A stretch of 64,000 bases of DNA from Lachnospiraceae bacterium. Lineage in GTDB: Bacteria > Bacillota > Clostridia > Lachnospirales > Lachnospiraceae. The position numbers were made by a program, and so were the translations under genes. Below are positions 39,034 through 48,809 of the stretch, piece after piece. The notes beneath the pieces were generated by a model. It did no database searches, was not told the DNA's origin, and saw only the letters and a list, made by a program, of their open reading frames with translations. The DNA lies in assembly GCA_045642225.1 (NCBI GenBank), contig JAZUIN010000024.1, positions 28,984 through 92,983 of the forward strand. Reading direction: 5' to 3'. The stretch's first letter is position 1. Every line of letters starts with the position of its first letter.

Positions 39034-41493
39034 TTAGTCAATTGAAATAACTGTGTATCCCTTAGATTCTACAGTTGCTTTTAATGTCTCATCTGACACT
39101 TCTTTATCTAAGGTTAACTCTGCTGTCTTTTTCTCATGACTGCAAACCGCTGTACTTACTCCATCAAGTGCTTCAAGTGCTTCTTTAACATTTGCCTCAC
39201 AATGTGGACACATCATACCTTCAATATTAATTGTCTTAGTCATTCTAAATTCCTCCTTCGTCTTTACAATTCTATCACTTTTCTTATTGTAAATGTTAAT
39301 TAAATTTAATCTTAGAGCATTCATAACTACACAAAAGCTAGATAAACTCATTGCTGCTGCCGCAAACATAGGATTAAGCGTTAATCCAAAGAACGGATAT
39401 AAAACACCTGCTGCAAGCGGAATTCCTATAATATTATATATAAATGCCCAGAACAAATTCTGTTTGATGTTAGTTAACGTCCCTCTACTTAATCTAATGG
39501 CCGCAACCACATCTTCTAATTTGTTCTTCATCAGAACTATGTCTGCTGCATCTACTGCAACATCAGTTCCACTTCCTATTGCAATTCCAACATCCGCAGT
39601 CATAAGAGCAGGTGCATCATTTATTCCGTCTCCTACCATTATAAGCTTACCAGTTTTCATCAACCGCTTAACATTTTCCATCTTCTCATCTGGAAGAACT
39701 TCAGCAATAACTTCATCTATTCCAGCCTGTGCCCCGATTGCTTGTGCAGTTCGCTTATTATCACCTGTCAACATTACAACACGAAGCCCCATCTTCTTAA
39801 GGCACGAAACTGCAGATACTGCATCTTCTTTCATAGTATCAGCAACCGCTATCAAACCTATACATTTACCATTATAAGCAAATAGCATAGGTGTCTTACC
39901 TTCTTTTGACAACTCATCAATTTGATCTTTATAATCGGTTGCAAATTCATTCATAAATTTAACAGAACCACCTTTAATCTCTTTCGAATCTAAGGTCGCT
40001 CCCAAACCACTTCCCGTATAGGTTGTAAAATCAGACACCTCTTTAATTTCTTTATTCTTAGCATATTCAACAATTGCTTTACCTAGAGGATGTTCACTTT
40101 TACTTTCTAGCGCTGCTGCAAGCTTGATTAATTCTGCTTCATCAACACCACTTGCAGGAATAACATCTGTAACCTTAGGTGTTCCCTCTGTAATAGTTCC
40201 TGTCTTGTCAAATACCACTATCTGAGACTTTGTTGCATTTTCTAATGCTGTAGCATTTTTGAACAAAATTCCGTTTCTCGCACCAACTCCATTTCCAACC
40301 ATAATTGCAACTGGCGTAGCAAGTCCTAGCGCACAAGGACAGCTAATTACTAACACCGAAATTGCTCTCTCTAGAACAAATGTGATTTCACTTCCTGTAA
40401 GTAACCATATGATAAATGTTAATGCTGAGATTCCCAAAACTGTTGGTACAAAAACTGCTGCAACCTTATCTGCAATACGTGCTATCGGAGCTTTGGTCGC
40501 AGATGCATCACTAACCATTTTTATAATGTTCGCAAGCGCTGTATCTTCTCCTACGCGAGTAGCCCTACATTTCAAAAATCCTGATGTATTAACTGTTGCT
40601 GTCGACACTTTATCTCCAATAGCTTTATCAACAAGAACGCTTTCTCCTGTTAGCGCAGCTTCATTCACCGCACTTTCTCCTTCTACAACAACACCATCTA
40701 CAGGAATACTTTCACCAGGTCTTACTAGAAATATATCACCAACAATAACATCTGATACATCTACTATCATCTCTTTGCCATCACGAACAATAGTTGCCCT
40801 CTCTGGCGACAATTTAAGAAGTGCATCAAGTGCATTCTTTGTTTTTCCTTTGGAAAATTCTTCAAGAGTTTTTCCTACTGTAATAAGTGTAAGAATTGTT
40901 GCTGCCGACTCAAAATAAAACTCATCCATGTATTTCATAACAAGAGTTTCATTTGCATACATTACTGCAGAAGTCATTGCAAATAATGCGTATACACTCC
41001 AAGCAAAAGACGCTGCCGCACCAAGTGCTACTAATGTATCCATATTAGGAGCTTTGTTAATCAGTGCTTTTGTGCCACTTATAAAATACTTCTGATTAAT
41101 AACCATTATTATTACAGTTAACAATAGCTGTAATAATCCCATTGCAACATGATTACCTTCGAGAAATGTTGGTAGTGGCCACCCAAACATCATGTGCCCC
41201 ATTGAAAAATACATAAGTATCAACCAGACAACTAGCGACGAAATTAGTCTCGTCAACATTTTATTGTTTCTTGTCTCTTTTTTATTTTGAACTTTTTCTC
41301 CAGGAAGGCTCGCTTCGTAACCCGCTTTTTCTACTGCATAAATTATGTCTTGTGGTTGTGCATTTCCTTCCACATTCATAGAATTCGTGAGCAAATTAAC
41401 TTGCACAGAATCTACTCCTAAAACTCCTGCGACAGCCTTCTCTACACGAGCAGAACACGCCGCACAAGTCATTCCTTTCACGTCATATTTCAT
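39034..41493 (-). CDS. copA: Copper-translocating P1B-type ATPase with N-terminal and C-terminal heavy-metal-associated domains
   Basis: GMTCAACSARVE (N-terminal HMA), TGES, CPCALGLATP, DKTGTIT, GDGINDAP, and the C-terminal HMA GMMCPHCEANV. Confidence 0.9.
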   Translation of the reverse strand: MKYDVKGMTCAACSARVEKAVAGVLGVDSVQVNLLTNSMNVEGNAQPQDIIYAVEKAGYEASLPGEKVQNKKETRNNKMLTRLISSLVVWLILMYFSMGHMMFGWPLPTFLEGNHVAMGLLQLLLTVIIMVINQKYFISGTKALINKAPNMDTLVALGAAASFAWSVYALFAMTSAVMYANETLVMKYMDEFYFESAATILTLITVGKTLEEFSKGKTKNALDALLKLSPERATIVRDGKEMIVDVSDVIVGDIFLVRPGESIPVDGVVVEGESAVNEAALTGESVLVDKAIGDKVSTATVNTSGFLKCRATRVGEDTALANIIKMVSDASATKAPIARIADKVAAVFVPTVLGISALTFIIWLLTGSEITFVLERAISVLVISCPCALGLATPVAIMVGNGVGARNGILFKNATALENATKSQIVVFDKTGTITEGTPKVTDVIPASGVDEAELIKLAAALESKSEHPLGKAIVEYAKNKEIKEVSDFTTYTGSGLGATLDSKEIKGGSVKFMNEFATDYKDQIDELSKEGKTPMLFAYNGKCIGLIAVADTMKEDAVSAVSCLKKMGLRVVMLTGDNKRTAQAIGAQAGIDEVIAEVLPDEKMENVKRLMKTGKLIMVGDGINDAPALMTADVGIAIGSGTDVAVDAADIVLMKNKLEDVVAAIRLSRGTLTNIKQNLFWAFIYNIIGIPLAAGVLYPFFGLTLNPMFAAAAMSLSSFCVVMNALRLNLINIYNKKSDRIVKTKEEFRMTKTINIEGMMCPHCEANVKEALEALDGVSTAVCSHEKKTAELTLDKEVSDETLKATVESKGYTVISID

Positions 41494-41505
41494 TATATTA
41501 TTCCC

Positions 41506-42660
41506 TTAATTCTCTAATAGTTCGTCTGCTAATATATCAATAGATGCTAATGTATCCTCGTTCATAGCTGACTTGATCGTAACAACCTCGTTGCAAATTG
41601 TAATATCTTTGCAACCTTCCAATCTTGCTTTAATGTTTCTTGCCGCTATAGGCGCCCAAGTACCATTTTCGATAATAGCAATCTTACGGTTTTGATATTT
41701 TCTCTCTACTAAGTCATCTATAAAATGTCTCATAAATGGGAATATATCTCCGTTATATGTAGTTGTTGCAAGAACAAGCCTATCATGTCTAAATGCATCC
41801 TCAACACATTCTGCCATATCATCTCTCGCAAGATCAGCAATTACAACTCTTTCACAACCTTTATCTTCTAAACGCTTCTTTAGAGTTTCAGCTGCTTTTT
41901 TTGTATTACCATATACAGATGTGTATGCAATAAATACCCCTTTTGTCTCGGCTTTATACGATGACCAAGTATCATATTGCTCAATATAATGCTCTAAATT
42001 CTCTGTTAGAATTGGACCATGTAACGGACATATTTTTTCTATTTCAAGACTTGCTACGGTCTTTAGAAGTTTCTGTACCATTGTGCCATACATTCCAACT
42101 ATTCCAATATAATATCTTCTAGCTTCACAATCCCAAGGTTCATCAACATCTAATGCTCCAAACTTGCCAAACCCATCAGCAGAGAACAAAACTTTATCCT
42201 TTGAATCATATGTAACCATAACCTCTGGCCAATGAACCATTGGTGCAAATACAAAGGTAAGAGTATGACTACCTAGCTCTAATACACCCTTGTCTTCTAC
42301 AACAAGCTTGTTAATATCTCCTAATGCATAAAACTGCTGCATATAAGTAAATGTCTTGTCATTACCAACAATAACTGCATCTGGATACTTTTCAACAAAT
42401 GCTTTAATATTTGCTGAATGGTCTGGTTCCATATGTTGAACAACTAGATAATCTGGTTTTCTATCACCAATTACCTCAGCAATATTCTCTAACCATTCAT
42501 CGCCGAAACGAACCTCAACGGTATCCATAACGGCAATTTTTTCGTCTAATATTACATATGAATTATAAGCCATTCCATTTGGCACATCGTATTGTCCCTC
42601 AAACAAATCTATCTCATGATCATTTACACCAACATATTTAATATCAGTTGTTATTACCAT
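41506..42660 (-). CDS. Flavodiiron protein (FprA-type O2/NO reductase: metallo-beta-lactamase-like domain plus flavodoxin domain)
   Basis: HMEPDHS diiron motif. The C-terminal flavodoxin-like segment reads VFIAYTSVYGNTKK. Confidence 0.85.
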   Translation of the reverse strand: MVITTDIKYVGVNDHEIDLFEGQYDVPNGMAYNSYVILDEKIAVMDTVEVRFGDEWLENIAEVIGDRKPDYLVVQHMEPDHSANIKAFVEKYPDAVIVGNDKTFTYMQQFYALGDINKLVVEDKGVLELGSHTLTFVFAPMVHWPEVMVTYDSKDKVLFSADGFGKFGALDVDEPWDCEARRYYIGIVGMYGTMVQKLLKTVASLEIEKICPLHGPILTENLEHYIEQYDTWSSYKAETKGVFIAYTSVYGNTKKAAETLKKRLEDKGCERVVIADLARDDMAECVEDAFRHDRLVLATTTYNGDIFPFMRHFIDDLVERKYQNRKIAIIENGTWAPIAARNIKARLEGCKDITICNEVVTIKSAMNEDTLASIDILADELLEN

Positions 42661-42681
42661 ACTAATTTCTCCTTTCTATTT

Positions 42682-42717
42682 AAATAAAAGAGGATATCCC
42701 TTAACGAGCTATCCTCT
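42682..42717 (-). terminator. Hairpin with a U-tract after the reverse-rubrerythrin gene (possibly a partial terminator)
   Basis: AGAGGAT/ATCCTCT stem with a 15 nt loop, then TTTTATTT on the minus strand. Confidence 0.5.
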
Positions 42718-42756
42718 AAACACAAATCTCTTTATAAAACAAAAGATAAACAATAT

Positions 42757-43344
42757 TTAACCAAAATATCTCTTAAGCATTCCTTCGAGTGCTTTACCAT
42801 GTCTAGCCTCGTCTCTAGCCATCTCATGAATTGTATCATGTAACGCATCCAAGTTATTCTTCTTACAGCAATCTGCAAGATCTACCTTACCTTGTGTTGC
42901 ACCAAATTCACAGTCTACTCTCCATGCCAAATTATCTTTAGTTGTCGCCTTCATATTAGGCTCTAAATCTTCACCTAATAATTCAGCAAATTTAGCAGCA
43001 TGTTCTGCTTCTTCGTAAGCAGCTTTCTCCCAATATAAACCAATCTCAGGATATCCTTCACGATGAGCAATTCTAGCCATACATAGATACATACCAACTT
43101 CCGAACACTCACCTTGGAAATTAGCCATTAATTGTTCAAAAATATATTTCTTATCTTCTGCACTAATTGCATCATTATTCTTTACAGTCTTAGCATAAAC
43201 TCCGTATTCATGCTCTGCTGCTAATGTCATCTCGCCTTCAACTTCCTTAAACTTGTCAGCTCCTACATGACATACTGGACATTCTTCTGGCGCAGAATCT
43301 CCTTCATGAACATAACCACATACACTACATACAAACTTTGACAT
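42757..43344 (-). CDS. Reverse rubrerythrin (N-terminal rubredoxin-like domain, C-terminal diiron four-helix bundle)
   Basis: N-terminal CSVCGY...CPVC, followed by ferritin-like ExxH motifs ([17 protein letters not shown]). Confidence 0.85.
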   Translation of the reverse strand: MSKFVCSVCGYVHEGDSAPEECPVCHVGADKFKEVEGEMTLAAEHEYGVYAKTVKNNDAISAEDKKYIFEQLMANFQGECSEVGMYLCMARIAHREGYPEIGLYWEKAAYEEAEHAAKFAELLGEDLEPNMKATTKDNLAWRVDCEFGATQGKVDLADCCKKNNLDALHDTIHEMARDEARHGKALEGMLKRYFG

Positions 43345-43416
43345 TGTTATTTCCTCCTTGAACTATTATGTATCATATATTATATACATTTTCTGCAAAT
43401 ATTTCATTAACGAATT

Positions 43417-44598
43417 CTAATAATTCTCTTTCTTAACTTCAAAATATGCTTGTGAATGCTTACATACTGGACATTCATCTGGAGCTTCAACACCAACCAC
43501 AACATGTCCACAGTTTCGACATTCCCACATTGTCACACCACTCTTCTTGAAAACTTCCATCTCTTCAATATTTTTAAGCAACGCACGATATCTTTCTTCA
43601 TGCATTTTCTCAATCGCAGCAACACCTCTAAATTGTTCTGCTAATTCCATAAAGCCTTCTTCTTCAGCATCTTTTGCCATTCTATCATACATATCTGTCC
43701 ACTCTGCATTTTCACCCTCTGCTGCATGAAGAAGATTTGTTGGCGTATCATCTAATTCTCCTAACGCTTTAAACCAAAGCTTAGCATGTTCTTTTTCATT
43801 ATTAGCAGTCTCTAAAAACAATGCTGCGATTTGCTCATATCCAGCCTTCTTTGCTACAGACGCAAAATATGTATATTTATTTCTTGCTTGGGATTCACCT
43901 GCAAAAGCTTCCCATAAATTCTTCTCTGTTTTTGTTCCTTCGTATATGTTTTTTCCCATTGTATTACCTCCTCTAGTCTCTGTTACTTTCTCAAAATCGG
44001 ATGCTGGATGTTTGCATATCGGACAAATATAATCCTCTGGTATTTCCTCTCCAACATATTCAAAGCCACAAATTCTACAACGCCAAATAGTTTGTCCGTT
44101 GTCAGTCTTTCCTACCTTCTGTGGCTTTGGTTTAATATTCTCCATATAATACTCATATGTTACAGATGGCATATCACTCAACACTTCCATATCTGTAACT
44201 TCACCAATAAACATAGTATGTGAGCCCAAATCTGATGTCAAAGTAACCTTTACTGATATATATGCATTGGTTCCCTTTGTGATATAGTAAATGTTATTGC
44301 TCCCCTTCTTGCAATCCTTATAGTCTTCAAACTTATCTACATCTTTCCCACTTTGGAAACCAAAATGCTTAAACAAATCAAACGTTACGTCTTTGGCAAT
44401 TATCGAGATATTAAATTCTCTTGTCTTCATTATCATATCATGTGTATAATTTGCCTTATTTACACAGACGCTAATCTGATTAGGCGTTGCCGCCGCTTGA
44501 ATAGCTGTATTAATAATACATCCATTATCTTTCTCTCCGGCTCTCGCCGTCAATACAAATAAACCATAACTTAGTTTATACATAGCTTTCTTATCCAT
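43417..44598 (-). CDS. Three-module fusion: flavin-reductase-like FMN domain, rubredoxin, then rubrerythrin (diiron domain plus C-terminal rubredoxin-like site)
   Basis: Residues 1-150 look like a flavin reductase fold (YGLFVLTA...GCIINT). Then CRICGF...CPICKH. Then ESQARNKY...EKEHAKLW...EKMHEERY, ending CRNCGH...CPVCKH. Confidence 0.8.
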   Translation of the reverse strand: MDKKAMYKLSYGLFVLTARAGEKDNGCIINTAIQAAATPNQISVCVNKANYTHDMIMKTREFNISIIAKDVTFDLFKHFGFQSGKDVDKFEDYKDCKKGSNNIYYITKGTNAYISVKVTLTSDLGSHTMFIGEVTDMEVLSDMPSVTYEYYMENIKPKPQKVGKTDNGQTIWRCRICGFEYVGEEIPEDYICPICKHPASDFEKVTETRGGNTMGKNIYEGTKTEKNLWEAFAGESQARNKYTYFASVAKKAGYEQIAALFLETANNEKEHAKLWFKALGELDDTPTNLLHAAEGENAEWTDMYDRMAKDAEEEGFMELAEQFRGVAAIEKMHEERYRALLKNIEEMEVFKKSGVTMWECRNCGHVVVGVEAPDECPVCKHSQAYFEVKKENY

Positions 44599-44769
44599 TT
44601 AACATTCTCCTTTCAATATAGGTTCTCGCTGCTTTCGCAAGTACCACTAAAAAGAATATCAAATTCAAGAAGTTTGAAATCCCCAACGCTTCACACGTAA
44701 AACATAATAATGGTCTTCTATTGTAAAATTAATTTTAGCTTCCTTATACTATAAATATTTCTGTTAATT

Positions 44770-46443
44770 CTATTCTTCAAACTCAATAATAATCTTCTCA
44801 ACCTGAGGTCTCAACTCGATAAATACTTGTGCAATATCTGGATCAAAATGACTTCCCTTCGAGTCTTCAATTATCTCATAGGCTTCATCTAACGAGAATG
44901 CATCCTTGTATTGTCTCTTAGATATTAGAGCATCGAATACATCCGCAACTGCCATAATTCTTGCAGAAATTGGAATTTCTTCGCCCTTCAATCCACTTGG
45001 ATATCCATTTCCATCCCACTTCTCATGGTGGAACATAGCCATTCTTTTGGCTTCACTTAAATAATCATTATTTCCTACTTCCATCAAGATCTCATCAATC
45101 ATCTTACTACCGATTTCTGAGTGAGTCTTAATGATCTCAAACTCATCGTCTGTTAACCTAGCTGGCTTTTGTAAGATTATATCCGAGATTGCAATTTTAC
45201 CAATATCGTGAAGGGCTGCAGCAGAAACCATTCGAGCTGCATTTTCCTCATTCAACTCATCAGCATACATTCCACGAGCTAACAACTCATCAACTAGAAC
45301 TCTAACATATTCTGTCGTTCTTTTAACATGTTGACCAGTCATGTCATCACGCATTTCAATCATATTAGCAAATGAATACAAAACCTGATGCTGAATACGC
45401 TCTATCTCATTAGCTTTAAGTGCCACTTCATCTTTGAGTTCACCTGCATAATGAACAAGCTCTGTGACATCAGAAAATACCATTGTAAAACCGTAGAATT
45501 TTCTGCGATTATATACTTTATTAGTCTGAAGCTTATAGGTTCGACCATTTCGCTCATATTGCTCGACTGTAAATCGACACATATCCATTAAGAATCCATA
45601 GTCACCATCAAAACTAATATCACCAAATAAGGCTTCCGCCTTCTTGTTCATATACAATAACTGCATATCCTTATCAAGAATAACTACAGCATCTGTCAAG
45701 TCAGATAAAAGCTTATCTTGAGCAACCTCTAAGGTGTCAAATAAGTGAACTCGAACAACCAAGAAATATGCTACCAAAGTTGAGCCCGCTATGAATAGTG
45801 GTGTCCAGTCATATATTCCTGAAATGCCCGTAGCCATAAAGAAATATCCTAATGCAGGAAGCATAGCACAAATTATAATATGTATTGCACCCCATCGCTC
45901 TTTTGATTTCTTATTTTCAACGAAATGCTTAATACAAATTACAACTATTGCAATTACATAAATTGCACTTAACGCTCTATTAACATAATTAACTGGCCCC
46001 GGTGTTGAAATAATTCTACCAATTCCATTCGTTCTAACATATTCTAAAGATGTGTATATAAGATTATTCTTATCACAAGACATTTCTATGATTAGTACGA
46101 CAAAATTAAGTCCAAGTAGCGAATACGTAATAATTCCTTCCGCCCTTTTTCTAAAGAAGAGCAAAACAAAAATAAGCAAAAACCACTCTGTAAAACAATT
46201 TCCAATAAAGCTTATTTTTCTACCTACAATTGCTTCTTGAATGTTTACAGAATTTATCTCAAACATATTTCCCATGACAATAAAGCCTGCAAACAGCATC
46301 ACCATGATAAATACGAATTGCTCTTTCGAAGAAGTATTCTTTCCCAAATATAGACACATAAAAAATAGTAGCGTCATTGTAGCAATATAAATAACATTTA
46401 ACCCTGTTAGTGTCATCCCCCAACTCCTTTGAAATCCGAACAA
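44770..46443 (-). CDS. Membrane sensor HD-GYP domain protein (c-di-GMP phosphodiesterase class)
   Basis: About 6-7 N-terminal TM helices and a PAS-like middle. HDIGKIAISD...HHEKWDGNGYP...ADVFDALISKRQYK. Confidence 0.85.
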   Translation of the reverse strand: MFGFQRSWGMTLTGLNVIYIATMTLLFFMCLYLGKNTSSKEQFVFIMVMLFAGFIVMGNMFEINSVNIQEAIVGRKISFIGNCFTEWFLLIFVLLFFRKRAEGIITYSLLGLNFVVLIIEMSCDKNNLIYTSLEYVRTNGIGRIISTPGPVNYVNRALSAIYVIAIVVICIKHFVENKKSKERWGAIHIIICAMLPALGYFFMATGISGIYDWTPLFIAGSTLVAYFLVVRVHLFDTLEVAQDKLLSDLTDAVVILDKDMQLLYMNKKAEALFGDISFDGDYGFLMDMCRFTVEQYERNGRTYKLQTNKVYNRRKFYGFTMVFSDVTELVHYAGELKDEVALKANEIERIQHQVLYSFANMIEMRDDMTGQHVKRTTEYVRVLVDELLARGMYADELNEENAARMVSAAALHDIGKIAISDIILQKPARLTDDEFEIIKTHSEIGSKMIDEILMEVGNNDYLSEAKRMAMFHHEKWDGNGYPSGLKGEEIPISARIMAVADVFDALISKRQYKDAFSLDEAYEIIEDSKGSHFDPDIAQVFIELRPQVEKIIIEFEE

Positions 46444-46500
46444 AAATATTACAGATAGTATATCATAATTTTTTTATAAAAAATAGGGCAAGATAATCAT

Positions 46501-46950
46501 TTACATTTCACTTATTAATCTATTCAACTCTTCCTTTAGGTATTCATACCTTAATCGTTTCTCTTCCTTTGCAAAATGAGCGTCACGACTTTGGATTGGG
46601 TTATTCTCATAAGACAAAACCTCGTCACAAAACTGCTCGCTCGTAAGGTCAAATACCCTATCACCAACCACATTGTAGCAATGATAATTTCCACCACTTC
46701 TTAGAATTCCATACACCTCTCCGCCGAAGATATCCTGTGCAAGAAATGCTGTAATAGAGCACTGTCCCATTGTCATATTCTCTTTCGTCCACTTGTCTCT
46801 CATTCTAGGTGCACAAGTATCAGCACACCAAATATTTGATAGTAGATCATATAAATGTTTTGGATCTTTTATCTTTTTGTACTCTTCATTTACCGCAGGA
46901 ACGTCTGCAGTTTGCCAACCGTAAAATTTATATTCTTTCATTGATTGCAC
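46501..46950 (-). CDS. Small cytoplasmic protein, probably YunG-like
   Basis: The W(T)KEN...GQCSITAFLAQDIFGG motif resembles my recollection of the Bacillus YunG family. This is unverified. Confidence 0.4.
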   Translation of the reverse strand: MQSMKEYKFYGWQTADVPAVNEEYKKIKDPKHLYDLLSNIWCADTCAPRMRDKWTKENMTMGQCSITAFLAQDIFGGEVYGILRSGGNYHCYNVVGDRVFDLTSEQFCDEVLSYENNPIQSRDAHFAKEEKRLRYEYLKEELNRLISEM

Positions 46951-47211
46951 CTCTATAAATTAAATAAGGGAGCACATAGCTCCCTTGAGTTTAAAATCTT
47001 CCACTTTATGGTAGGAACTCTCCCGAAGATAGTTTCCTATTCTAAAGATAGTATATCATGATTTCTTCAAAATACAAGTCCTATCTAAGCTGCATACTAT
47101 AACATTATTATATGACACAAATAACATATTTGTTGTTACATCCAACTTTAGTTTTAATTAATATTTGTTTTTACTTATAGGTGGGCAAACATACCTGTAG
47201 CCAAATTGTAG

Positions 47212-47248
47212 CCAAGGAGTATATTTCTCCTTGGTTATTTTTAATTTT
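47212..47248 (+). terminator. Orphan plus-strand intrinsic terminator with no plus-strand ORF upstream
   Basis: CCAAGGAG (47212..47219), a 7 nt loop, CTCCTTGG (47227..47234), then TTATTTTTAATTTT. Confidence 0.5.
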
Positions 47249-47400
47249 GCACACAAAAGTAGAATCCCATCGCAAATAATCCTTATTAAATATATTCCAA
47301 TTAATACTATTTATCTTATTTTTTTTGATAAACCATTCGATATACAATCATCTATATACCTCTGAACAACCACAACTTATAGCACATACATTACTCCGTC

Positions 47401-47431
47401 ATAATTCGCTCATTATAAATGAGCGAATTAT
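47401..47431. repeat. Perfect 13 bp inverted repeat (ATAATTCGCTCAT / ATGAGCGAATTAT) directly after the stop codon. The same 13-mer recurs inside the gene at 47640..47652, and a 12/13 copy at 47617..47629.
   Basis: Read directly from the sequence. Confidence 0.8.
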
Positions 47432-48809
47432 CTAAATTTTTACATATACATTTCCCTTAGTAGTTCGTGTACCTTTTATCATTCCTAAATCGCATAATAA
47501 CTTCAAATATCTTCTTACCTGTGCCTCTGATTTTCCTGTGATTTCCATACCTTTTGCAGTAGTAATCTCTTCATTTCCCTTTAAATAATTTATTATTTTT
47601 ATAATTGGTTCTTTCTTTAATTCGCTCATTTTTTTGCTCATAATTCGCTCATCAGAAATGATTGAATCGACTTTTTCTTTTGCTGATAACAATTCTAAAT
47701 ATCTGTCACAAGCCTTGCATAGCACCATTATTCCAGATTCATTAATTTCATACTCTGGCAATGGACCATCATACGTTTCGCATGCTTCTTTAATCTTCTC
47801 AAAGCCCCTTCCCCAAGCCTCAATCATACCACTTTTGAAGAAAACATTAGCAAGTTTTGGATTATATGGCTTAGAAGAATGTTTCATGAACAGCTTATCT
47901 GTAGAATCCAAATTTGATGGCATTTCTCCATCATTCCAAATATATATTTTGTCCTCATAAACACTAATTTGAATAGGGTTACAACTACTATAATCTTTAT
48001 GAACAACAGCATTCAGCAAAATTTCTCGAAATGCATCTATATGAAACATAAACTGCTCTACTCTCTGAATTCCTTCATATGAAATCAAAGCCTTTAAATA
48101 CTTTGTGTAGACCAAATCAACTGTCTTGTCCACCTGCTCTACTAGTGGTCCATGTACCTCATCCTGATACACCAAATCTGAATCAGATTTCCCAAAATAG
48201 CCGATCTTAATATAAGAACCTGTTACCCATTTTTCTGGATCTTTATAAAATGCAAGCATCGCCGCTCTAATCAAATATCCATCTTCATCAATTAGATGCA
48301 AATTATCCATCAGAATAGAATCCTGTACGCTTACTTCTTCCTTTGTAAGTCTACCTCTTTTAACGGCCTTGTCCTTAAACAACTGTATTGCATCCGATTT
48401 TAAATCCGCCACAGTAAATTTAGGTAAAGGTACTCCATCCCATGTTCTACCCTGAGTTTTTAACAATGTCCTTTCCAGTAATTTCACGCATAGTACTTCC
48501 AGAACGATAATAATATTTTCCACGTAAACTAATTAAAGATGGGTACTTATCAACTACAATCTGCAAATACTCCATTTCATCTTTATATAAAAGGTTGACA
48601 TCCGCAATAATTCCCATTGTATCTGTAATTTTATTAGGGATTCTCTCCAATAAGTCTTTTGCGTTGTCAATTCCAACAATATTCCCATCATCGTCAGCAC
48701 CTATATATATTATTCCACCATAAGCATTTGCATATCCACAAATCCATTTTAAATATTCATCTTGCCAAGATTCTTTCCACTCTATTGATTGATGTTCTTT
48801 TTCCTGCAT
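47432..48809 (-). pseudogene. AlbA_2 (Schlafen-like) / HATPase_c_4 'RecG-like' putative transcriptional regulator, split by a frameshift
   Basis: Two overlapping ORFs (48447..48809 and 47432..48523) together form one typical protein. It has an N-terminal AlbA_2 DNA-binding domain (EWKESW...GGIIYIGADDDGNIVG), then LNAVVHKDY...IWNDG, then a C-terminal wHTH. The frames join near 48480..48490 at GAAATT. Confidence 0.75.
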
